A stretch of DNA of 64,000 bases, from assembly GCF_044704955.1 (NCBI RefSeq), contig NC_091999.1, positions 10,230,001 through 10,294,000 on the forward strand, in the 5' to 3' direction. The notes under the pieces were generated by a model that worked only from the letters and a program-made list of their open reading frames with translations, was not told the DNA's origin and searched no databases. This stretch comes from Pristiophorus japonicus (lineage: Eukaryota). The translations under genes were made by a program, and so were the position numbers. Positions 14,123 to 24,424 of the stretch are shown here, piece by piece (within the stretch, counting starts at the first letter, position 1; every line of letters starts with the position of its first letter).

Positions 14123-14877
14123 CCTGCTGGAACCTATCAGATAATCTTATCACCCTTCCTCTGATCCCCTAAATATGTTGACTGATTTGTGCTGTACAGT
14201 TCCATTCATTCGAGAAGGAAAAGGTTAATCATATTTTCCTTAAAGATATTGAGTCTTTTGTGCAGTACTTTTCCACAGGCTCTATTCATCTTGCAAGGGC
14301 ATGGTTACTCAGACTGACCAGAAGACTAATAATTTTTTCTTGCTACTGATTTCTGATCATGTTGTAATTAATTTAATTCACATATTGGTGGATTTTATCG
14401 AATTTACCACATCCTTCTGTTCAAATCCCTCAGGAGCCGCTGTGCTTCGTCATCCCCTTATCTATTGGATGCCGTTTTTTTCTAATAGTAAATATGCAGC
14501 TATTTTAATGGGAGACTCCTGGAATGATAACATAAGTAAATTAACTATTTCCCTTCACTGCCCCTACTACAGCTGCTAAAGAGTCAACATTGGGTTTAAT
14601 TCCCATCCAGTTCCATGTTATGAGGAGAACAACTTCACTCTGGTCCGCGCTGCTTGCTGTGAGTTATTGAATTGGAGAACAAATGGAGCTGGGAGATGAT
14701 TCGTTGAATTGGAGAACATAGGACACGTGAGCTGATAGGATAACACCTGTTAACTCTGCCAGGAATGAACCAATCAGCAATGACACCGGATATGAATCAA
14801 CGTCTTTGCAACTCTTGACAAAAATAATTTCAGGTTCAACACGTTCTGTTCAAATCTGCCAGGTACTATCTGTAAAC

Positions 14878-15393
14878 ATGTTGGGTGTGACTTTTTACTC
14901 CGCCATCACAGCTGCAGCTCTCTTAACTGGTAAAATTAAAATTTACACAATCTTCCTCTTCCAGGTGTCATTGACATCCTTTTAACTGTGCTTTAACTCT
15001 ATTTGCAATGTACTCCATCACATGATGATTTAGTTATAATTAAATGATTAAAAACATTAAAATTCTGTATTTATACATGTCTGCAGGTGTTAGTGGTGCA
15101 GACTCTGTCTCGCAGCGGCCGGTAACAGCGATGCAGTTTGAAGGCGACTCTGTGACAATTGATTGCAGCTATTCTACCACTGCTACTTCGTATTCCTTAC
15201 AGCTGTACCATCAGGACCGGGACAAAGGTCCCAAAATCCTAATCTACAGTTCTTCCTATGGGAATGTTGTGAGAGCACTGGGCACCGGGGCTCGATTTTC
15301 TGCATCTCTCGACATTTCGAAAAGCGAGGGGAACTTCACCATCGGCAGCCTGCGTCTGACTGACAGCGTAGTGTATTACTGCGCACTGAGAGA
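14878..15393 (+). CDS. TRAV: Open TCR V segment (F3) with Trp41 replaced by Leu; leader 14878-14929, V exon 15087-15393
   Basis: MLGVTFYSAITAAALLT/GVSGADSVSQ...IDCSYS...LQLYHQ...DSVVYYCALRD; splice sites intact. Confidence 0.8.
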
Positions 15394-15432
15394 CACAGTG
15401 ATAGGAACCGGAGGGTGCCTCGTACAATAACC
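15394..15432 (+). other. 23-RSS
   Basis: CACAGTG-23bp-ACAATAACC. Confidence 0.95.
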
Positions 15433-15788
15433 CTGCTGCAATCTGACATGGTGAGCGGAATAGTGGGCAAAGTGGGGAGAATGGGGGAATGTCAGTACTT
15501 ATCGCAGGAGAGTGTCCATGCAAATCAACCAAATGACTAGCTACCCAACTAACAATACAGAACTGGCATAACGTTAATTATTTTAATCATAATAATCTTG
15601 CAGTTAATTTCATAATAAATTGTCTAATTGCACAATGCTTCCAATCTCTGGTCATGTCATGGACACATCAACTTTCAATCTTCGTGAACTGTATATAAAG
15701 CAAGTTCTCAGTCAGTGTTAGAATCGCACTGAGGCCTGCTGCTCCAGTTGAGGCACCCTCCGATTCCTATCACTGTGTCTCTCAGTGC

Positions 15789-16090
15789 GCAGTCTCCCGC
15801 TGTGGTAAGAGTACGGATCGGTGATTCGCTGCAGATTAACTGCAGCTATGTCACTCCCAGCTTTTATGCCACGCACTGGTACAAACAGAAATCCAATCAG
15901 GGAATCGAGTGGGTAATAAGACGGGCATCGGCTGGCAGGGAGAAAAGGGATCGATTTGAAATGGATCTTTATACTGCAGACAAACCTGGCTAATTAATCT
16001 TTACAAGCACGGAGAGCATTGATACCATTGTGTATTGCTGTGCGATAGACTCACACTGATAGGAATTGCAGCAGTCCCTGTACAAATACC
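15789..16090 (+). pseudogene. 5'-truncated leaderless V pseudogene (F2 copy)
   Basis: Close copy of the 9200 V exon starting at QSPAVV; stop at 15991; RSS CACACTG(16052)-23-ACAAATACC. Confidence 0.9.
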
Positions 16091-16604
16091 TTCCTCTTGT
16101 TTACATTCCCATAACAGCTGCAGCAGTCTCTCCAATGATTCAGGGCAGGCAAAGTGGGTCAGAAGAGAGAGCAGCAGATGGAAGCTGTGGGCGGGGCGAC
16201 CGAAGGCAATGTGTCTGCAAAAATTGTCTTTACAATTTCCATTTAACAGCGGGTTTCATCAGAGATATTTACAATCACAACATAAAGTATCTATATGTGG
16301 AGCCAGTCACATAATGGGTGCAGTCTTTGGCGTGAGGAAAGCTGCAGCATTGCTCAATAGTTGGATTATATTCAACAGGTTGGAAACCCTCACAATGATT
16401 GTTTTTCATTTTATGCTGGATTGTGATGATACATCGAGAGCATTATGTTCATTCTCCTGTAACATTCATGTTCACACTGAACTATCCGCTGTGTGCAGTA
16501 GATTTGTTCTTGTCGATATTTCTAATGAAATAGTCAACGCATTCTAAAAGATTATGGGTTTGATCAGAAAAAACAAATTTCAGCTAATATTTATACAGAG
16601 AGAC

Positions 16605-16860
16605 CAGGGGAAATCTTCCCACTGTGTGTCCCCAGCAGAAGGTTAGTGGAACCTGAACCCCTGTCAACCACCCCAGTCTGACTGATGACTGTGAGTGAAA
16701 TAAACTGAACATCTACCTTTATATTCAAACCGATATATCGCCAGTTCGAGATTATAACACATCGCCACCATCCGATTGTGTTGGTAATTTTTCGCAGGGG
16801 AACATGACCCCTTTCCCAAATGCCTGCTGAAACGGTTCTACCTCTGCCTGAAATTAACAG
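16605..16860 (-). pseudogene. Highly degenerate V relic
   Basis: GKGVMFPC...GGDVL*SR and SLTVISQTG; perfect CACAGTG at 16620-16626 on minus strand. Confidence 0.4.
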
Positions 16861-18259
16861 CAGGCACTACTCTGCTGTGCTGATATCAATGACATGGAAT
16901 CAAATATGGTGGTTATTGACACGGGACGAACTCCTTATCCGGGTTTCACTCCTGTCTCTATGCATGTGTCCTTCATTCCAGATTTAATATTAAACATATT
17001 TTTTTAAATGGCAGCTTTACAAAACGACCAACTCCTTCTATCTTATTTGCTTTAATATTTTCATATCCGCAAATAATTCAAAAGTGTGGTATGGAGAGAT
17101 TGTGACGATGATTTGCAGACAACACAAGAGGCAGGGTGGGGGCGGCAGGGGTTGGGTGAAGCCGGAGTACGTCTTTGCTAAACTCCACGAATGTAAATAC
17201 AGATATAATCAATTTCCAAATTTTGATGGACTGAAAGGAATGAAAGTGTCAAATGAAGAAAATTGGATCGCGGCACGAGGGCGTAGCGAGATATATATGA
17301 GCACGGTGCTCTCTAGTGGATATTATGAGAACTGTCAGACTGGCTGAAAACAGTGAGTGCATCAATTGAGCAGTTTGCAGCGCCCATTTTTGGGGAGATG
17401 TGTTGCGCTGATGGTGATGGTGAATGTCAAGCATTGTACATCAACAATTATGTGAACAGAAATATTAATCAAATGAATTGGTGCTTGGAAATTCAAAGTT
17501 TCTGCTGGAAAATTTGATGCATTCTGATCTGCACAAAAAACAACAACCCTAAACCAGAAGTCATTACAATTTACATCCATTTCCTTTCAATTCAACTTGT
17601 GCCGAATGCATGTGATCTTTGTGCACAGGCTCTAGAGAGTCACTATGTTTTTCCTGCCGCATTTCCCGATTCCAGCACAAATTAGATATATCCCTAGCCT
17701 GCCGCAACAAGCCTCAAACCCTTACCTATTATTTTCAAGTCCTTCCCATCCAAAACCAAAAGCTGCCTTCACTCGTTTTACGGTCTCTATTTGAATGGGG
17801 GAGAAATACCAGCGTTAAGCCAACTGAACTTCACAGTCGAAATTCCCCACTACATTCCAAAAGAACTCCCAGAGGGTGAATTGTCTGTGTCTGACACACT
17901 GACACACCCAGTCCCCCATCAGAGAGACCGGAGACCTTCATCCTCCTCTGCCTGGGCGAAATTAGAACCCTGATCTCAGAGAATGGATGGTCAATGTCTT
18001 CCCCACCAGTACTGCACGAAGTTAACAGTAACTTTAACTGCTTTTGCTCAGGAGGATAAATGAGGAATCGGGAAATGTCAGTACGGGATAAAGCGTCAAA
18101 ACTTGCATCGCTCTCTGACCTTCAGTGCAGATGTAAGATATATGTCGCATCATAACTAGTAGAAAAGTAGACAATCGATTGCACGTTAGAATAACCCGGA
18201 ATCACTCGATTTTCCAGTAATTATCTTGATCCACCGTGCGCTGCAATCAGGAAAACACA

Positions 18260-18568
18260 ATGAATGAAATTTAAACATTCACTTTTTTGGTTTTAGGTGA
18301 GTGTTTTGTGCAGAAAAGTGTTAATCGTTAAAACATATTTCTTCTCTCTAAAATTTCCAGCGCTTTTGTATTGGTAGTTATGGGCGGCGATGCGAGCACC
18401 AGCGGCTCTGTTGGCAACGCCATTGATGGACGATTCAAACTCTTCCTTGATACAACAAGGAGTTACAACATTTTCGGTATGGACAGCACAGTGGCCTCTG
18501 ACAATGTAGTGTATTACTTAGCAGTGAGGCACCGTGGGACAATAGCTAGGAGCTCCAGTACATTATCT
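18260..18568 (+). pseudogene. TCR V pseudogene (F1), large deletions
   Basis: Leader with stop; ends VVYYLAVR; RSS CACCGTG(18530)-23-ACATTATCT. Confidence 0.85.
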
Positions 18569-19260
18569 CCTGCTGGTTCCTATCAGACAATCGTAATACC
18601 CTTCCTCTGCTCCCTCAATGTGTTGACTGCTTTGTGACGTACAGTTCCATTCATCCGAGAAGGAAAGGATTAATCAGATTTTCCTTTAAGATGTTGCCTC
18701 TTTGTGCTGTACATTTCCACAGGCTCTATTCATCTTGCAAGGGGATGTATACTCAAACTGATCTGAATATTATTAATTTTATCTTGCTACTGATTTCTGA
18801 TCATGTTGTAATTAATTTCATTCATATAATTGGTGGCTTCTATCGAATTTACCTCATCCTTGTGTTCAATTCCCTCAGGACCCGCTGGCCTTCTATATCC
18901 CCTTATCTATTGGTTGTCGGTATTTGTAACAGTAAAGGAGCAGCTATTTTAATGGGCGACTCCGGGAATCATAAAATAAGTAAATAAACTATTTTCCTTC
19001 ACTGCTCCTACTTCACCTGCTAAAGACGCAACATTGGCTTTAATTCCCATCCAGTTCCATGTTGTGGAGAACAAAGGAGCTGGGAGCTGACTCGTTGAAA
19101 AGGAAAGCAAAGGACACGTGAGCTGATTAGATAACACCTGCTGACTCTGCCAGGAATGAACCAATCAGCAAAGGCACCGGATATGAATCAACATCTTCAC
19201 AAATCTTGACGAAAATAATTTCAGGTTTCTGTTCAAATCTGCCAGGCACTCTCTGTAAAC

Positions 19261-19813
19261 ATGTTGGGTGTGGCTTTTTTCTCAGCCGTCACATCTGCAG
19301 CTCTCATAACTGATACAATTTAAAGCTATACAATCTTCCCCTTCCAGGTGTCAGTGACAAGTTTTTTATTGTGTTTTATCACGATTTGCAATATATTCCA
19401 TCACATGATGATTTAGTTACAATTAAATTCTGATAAAAGTTTAAAATTCTATATTTATACATGTCTGCAGGTGTTAGTGGTGCAGACTCCGTCTCACAGC
19501 CGGTTACAGAGATGTAGTTTGAAGGAGACTCGGTGACAATTAATTACAGCTTTTCCACCACTGCTGGTTCGTATTCCTTACAACTGTACCGTCAGGACCG
19601 GGACAAAGGTCCCCAAATCCTAATTTACAGTCCTTTCTTTGTGGATGCTGTCAGAGCAGTGGACACAGGTGCTCGATTTTCTGCATCACTGGACAGTTCG
19701 AAAAGTGAGGGGAACTTCACCATCGGTGGCCTGCGGCTGACTGACAGTGCGGTGTATTACTGTGCGCTGAAAGACACAATGATAGGAACGAGAGGGTGCC
19801 TCGTGCAATATCC
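19261..19813 (+). pseudogene. TCR V pseudogene (F3)
   Basis: Leader donor GT changed to AT; in-frame TAG ~19515; C23 lost; YYCALKD; RSS CACAATG(19775)-23-GCAATATCC. Confidence 0.9.
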
Positions 19814-20229
19814 CTGCTGCAATCTGACATGGACAAAGGAATAGTGGGCAAAGTGGGGAGAACTTATCGCAGGAGAGTTTCCATTTAAACCAAATAAATA
19901 ATTAGCTACCCAACTAACAATACAGAACAGGCATAAAGTTTATTATTTTAATCATAATAATCTTGCAGTTAATTTCATAATAAATTGTCTGATTGCACAA
20001 TGCTTCCAATCTCTCTTCATGTCATGGACACAACCACTTTCAATCTTAGTGAAATTTATATAAAGCAAGTTCTCAGTCAGTGTCAGAATCGCACTCAGAC
20101 CTGCCGCACCAGTCGGCAGGAGATGAAATAAACGGAGGGGCACATTCTGTAACGATTTAAGAGACTATAGATGCGTCAAAAACCTTCAGAACAACGAGAT
20201 CGCCCATGAAATGTGACCCCGTGAGACTC

Positions 20230-20555
20230 AGCTTCCACCCTTAGCGGCTGGCCAGGGTGCTGATTGTACCAGAACATATAATGTGCAGCACCGCTGCTGG
20301 TTTTCAAGCTGCAAGTTAGTATGACATTACTTTCCTCTTCAACCATCATTTCAGGAATTAGCTGTTGCACTGTGTCTTGGTGGCTGCAGACTGACATCAA
20401 ACAATAGTAGCAGTAATCATCCTCATCATCATCACTTGACCAATAATTACATCTGGGTTACAGCATTGAAAGGAAGACTGGAGTTTTAGCGGGAGACCTT
20501 CAGTTACTGAGATGTGATTATAAATGAAGAGGAGCAGTTTGAGACCGTTCCACAT
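20230..20555 (-). pseudogene. 3'-truncated V pseudogene (F4)
   Basis: Leader MWNGLKLLLF...; QDTVQQLIPEMMVEEESNVILTC...MFWYNQHPGQP; no FR3 or RSS. Confidence 0.8.
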
Positions 20556-21214
20556 GATGATCCCTGAGTCTGTAACTGCACAGTCCGGGAAATTCTCTGT
20601 CGGAGCAGATAAATAGACAGGGCCCTGCTGCACACCTGATCCAAACAAAGCCAGTGGAAGCAATCTCTCCAATAGCACAGGGCTACAAAACAGTGTCAGA
20701 AGTAGAACAGCAAATGGATTAGTTGTGTGCAGCTGCCACAGACACAAAACTGAGTGAATTCAAGGCTTTGATTATCCACACAAACTGCGTGGCGCCACTC
20801 AGCTGCACTCGGAGTGCATTGGCGGAAAGGGTGATGGTTGGCTCGGGAGGTCTGTGGTCTAACCGCTTCTGCTTACTGAGCGAGTGACTGGGAATAAAGA
20901 GAGTTTGGGGGGAAAGGAAGGGATTGTACATCTTCAGAAATAATGAGCAGCTTCAGTCAGTTCTAATTTGCAGTATTAAAACACAATATCTGGCACATGT
21001 GTTTTATATAGAATCAACGAACCCGAATTCCCCATAATGACCTTATTCTGAATAAATTACGCTAACAGAAGGCGCCGATGTCAAACATGGTCATTAGAGA
21101 GTCACGTGATGTAAGCACGTGTAGATGGGAGAATAAACACACTGACACAGATAGGCGCAAGTTTAGATCACTGCTGGTTAACTTCCTGTTCTTTTACTGC
21201 CCAATCTTCATAGA

Positions 21215-21534
21215 TAGATTTTGTACAGATCCAGTACATCAATCTCCGTTGATAATTGCCGTTTGAGCAGGGGCTTCGGTGTGGTTAGATTGCGAACGTA
21301 CAACCACGGATATTTACTACATGGAATGGTATCGGCAGAAACCGGAACAGCCTCGAAGCTGGGCAATTAGCAAAGTAGCAGCTTTGAAGGGTGTCGACAT
21401 CTCTGGTGGACGCTAACTTCTCTAGAAAGTACGGTTAAAGTAAGATAAGCGGTCTGAGTTGGGTGGACGGGGTGGCCCATTACTGTGCCGTGAGGCACAG
21501 CGTCAGTTAAAAGCAACGTCTTCGTACAAAAGCC
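21215..21534 (+). pseudogene. TCR V pseudogene (F5)
   Basis: DPVHQSPLIIAV*AGASVWLDC...MEWYRQKP...HYCAVR; RSS CACAGCG(21496)-23-ACAAAAGCC. Confidence 0.85.
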
Positions 21535-21629
21535 TCAGCGAACATTATCAACTCCATTAATTCATCATTGTTGCGTTTATTTGTGGATTTAATTTGATCA
21601 CAAAGTCACGGCGATAAAAACCTGTTCGG

Positions 21630-21985
21630 TCGCTAGATCATAGAGTTGTTTTCGTGTCCTTCTCTTTGTCCAAATCAGCACAAAAGCGGTGTGGGGAATC
21701 TGGAGAATTTTCTCGGTGCTTACCAGCGATATTGAAGTACCAATAGAGAGAGGAGAACGTTTGGATCTGGAGAAACTACAGTTCAGTGTAAGTTTGATCT
21801 TCCAGAACCGTTAATTCAGACGGATAAAGGGACACTATGTCTCAGCTACTCGTTCCTGAATCAAAATATAGAATGTCTTAAAAGTCTGTGACTAAATATA
21901 ACCGATGAAGAACATGCTGATCATTTAAGCAAAATTCACCTGGCAGGACGACCATTATCAACAGTAATTAACGTAGGGAACACAT
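21630..21985 (-). pseudogene. Degenerate V pseudogene (F6)
   Basis: Leader, intron and FR1 homologous to the 24170 gene; multiple stops. Confidence 0.7.
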
Positions 21986-22210
21986 GGCGTCCGGTTTAGT
22001 GTTCGACAGAACAAAGCAACATGTTGATGCTATGGTGATCCTTCTCGTTTGGTATTAAATGGTAATCTGAGAACAGGGGCAGGCATCACGTAATTGCAGA
22101 CTGAGGGGCGGTTTCCAGGAACAGTGTTATAAATCACCCAGCACTCTGATAACCGCACAGGTTTGGCGATTAGCCCCGCCCAAACCCCGACCGCTACCTC
22201 GGGCCGGGCA

Positions 22211-22249
22211 GGTTTCTAGACGGTCTCTGCTGATCTTTGCGGCACAGTG
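22211..22249 (-). other. Orphan RSS relic (F7 V body deleted)
   Basis: CACTGTG-23-CTAGAAACC; spacer homologous to the RSS at 40185-40223. Confidence 0.5.
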
Positions 22250-22479
22250 TCACCATAGGACATGGGCTCTATTCTATCTTCACCAACAACGCCTTTAAAC
22301 ATAGTTATATTTCCCGTTGCCATAAGTTGCATTGAATAAAGTGAGCAACTTTTCGATAGGAATATCTAACGATTGGTGAGGGAGTATCCCGCGCAATTGT
22401 GCTGCTGGTAAATGGGACCAAATGAATTATTTGAAGAACAGAATTTTAACTCCGCCCCTACTTCAGCTCATAGTCGGGT

Positions 22480-22777
22480 GAAACCCTCATCCATGCCTTC
22501 GATATCTCTAAGCTCGACTATTCCATGCTCCACTGACCGGCCTCCCAGCGTGCACCCACCGTAAACATTAGCTCATCCAAAGCTCTGCTGCCTGTATATT
22601 AACTCGTGCCAAGTTCTGTTGACCCCATCACGTCTGTGCTCGCTGACCTACATTGGCTCCCAGTTGTACAACGCCTCGTGTTTAAAATTTACCTTCTTTT
22701 TCGAAAATCTTCACATTATCTCGCTCCTCTCTGTCTCTGGGCCCTCTCCAGCCCTACAACCCTCAAAATCTCTGCAC
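22480..22777 (+). mobile_element. L2 LINE RT C-terminal fragment
   Basis: PITSVLADLHWLPVVQRLVFKI motif. Confidence 0.8.
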
Positions 22778-23565
22778 TGTGGAATAGAGAACAAAGATGA
22801 AATATATTTGGTCTACAATTACCGATCAGAAAAACTGCACATAAGCCCGAGGCTGAGTAGCCAAATTGACGTTGTATACTCTTTAAAAGGCGGTTTGGAT
22901 GTTTGGAGACATACTTTCTAATCCCCACCCTCAATAATCTGCTGTCCTCTCTCAGGATGCTCTCACCGCACTTCCTTATTTCCGCACTCGTGCTGTGAGA
23001 CCGGTCAGTAAGGAGCTGCCTACCAGTGAATGGAAATACGCTCAACTGGGCCACAGTCAGTGCCCTGAGAAGGGAATGGTTAAAATTTTTGAGATGGGGA
23101 GTGGGAACGAGCCTCTTGACTGTTTGTTACAAACCGGAAGCTGCTGCGAGCCTCTTGTCTGTTTGTTGCAAACCGGAAGCTGCGGGATTGTTAATGGTGA
23201 TAGGAAACATTCCAGAATTAAAGAGACTTTCTGAAGGACGGTGGAGATTTGGGGAACGCTGCGCTTGGGGCTTGTTTGGAAGAGCGTCGTCACGACCTTG
23301 TGAAATCTGTTGATTGTGTATAAACAAACTCCGACTCAGCAACATACTCTGATCAAATAAAGTATGTGTACAGGCCACGATCACTGGGTCCTGGAAACTA
23401 ACAGAGGAGATATGGAAACAGATGCACAATACTGGAGGCTGGTACCGAAAGAACATCAAAGGATAAATGGTAAATTAAGGCGACAGAAGTGGATTTATAA
23501 GTTGATTTTTAATATGAATACGAGTTTAAATCAGTTAATAATATTATACAAATGGACCTCACATC
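22778..23565 (+). mobile_element. Putative LTR-like insertion
   Basis: Starts with TG where the L2 fragment breaks; 36-bp tandem duplication with ACCGGAAG; TATAAA ~23318; AATAAA ~23356; 3' end uncertain. Confidence 0.3.
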
Positions 23566-23661
23566 TGCTTGTTCAGAGTTGTGTTTCGTCACCCGTTTAA
23601 GAAGGTCACTGTGACTTTCACATTGGAGGTTAAATTTTCGCTTCTGTTTATCAGTGTGAGG

Positions 23662-23674
23662 GCGCCCTCTGGTG
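23662..23674 (-). promoter_or_regulatory. CTCF motif next to an RSS
   Basis: CACCAGAGGGCGC, 25 bp downstream of the nonamer. Confidence 0.65.
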
Positions 23675-23699
23675 AGCACTGATTGTAATTATCAGTATG

Positions 23700-23739
23700 A
23701 GTTTTTGTACGAGGTGCTCTATATCTCTGCAGCATTGTG
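23700..23739 (-). other. RSS with 24-bp spacer
   Basis: CACAATG-24bp-ACAAAAACT. Confidence 0.9.
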
Positions 23740-24170
23740 GGCTCCATGGCACAGAAATAAACGGCGGCATCGGAGACAAGCGTCCCGGCGATATTTAAAG
23801 GAACCGTTTTATTTGTTTTGTTCATATCAGCAGAGAACCTGTCTGGTAAACCTGGAGACTTGTCTCCGCCTCCTGAGGTATATCTCTTCAGTAAATATCT
23901 CGGAGCTTCTCCGGGATATTGTACGTACCAGAACAGAGGTAAACCAGCTCTCGAGTAACTGCAGCTCAGGATTGTGTTCTGTCCTTCCTGAACCGTTAAT
24001 TCAGGCGGATCCTGGAGCACGTTATCTTCGCCATTGATTCCTGTAACAAATCAGAGAATGTATCAAAACTTCTGCGTGAATATAACCCATGGAACTCAAA
24101 CTGGTCTTTTAAACATAGACTCACCGGGCAGCACGAATATTATTATGAGGAGGAAACATGGGGAGCACAT
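23740..24170 (-). CDS. TRAV: Intact TCR alpha/delta V segment (F6); leader 24170-24125, V exon 24040-23740
   Basis: MCSPCFLLIIIFVLP/GINGEDNVLQDPPEL...LSC...FWYVQYPG...DAAVYFCAMEP; GT-AG phase-1 intron. Confidence 0.92.
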
Positions 24171-24424
24171 GGTGAATTTTATAAAGTTCGACAGAAAATA
24201 GCAGAATGTTCTCAATATTCTAGTCGTTTATTCAGGATCAAACGTCGATCAGGCTCAGACTTCACTGATTGGGTGACTGAGGGGCGTTTCCCAGGGACAG
24301 GATTGGCTACTAACTCAGAACCGACAATTGTGTGAACCAATCAGTTGCAGACCAATTACTTTCTCTGCCGATTCCTTTTGCTGTCTCTGTCTTTGTCGGT
24401 GTCTCCACCTCTCTCTTTGTTTCG

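Noticed and set aside
15739-15777. Functional 5' RSS upstream of the truncated V
   Set aside because: Heptamer is present but the nonamer position reads CTGGAGCAG; at most a cryptic site
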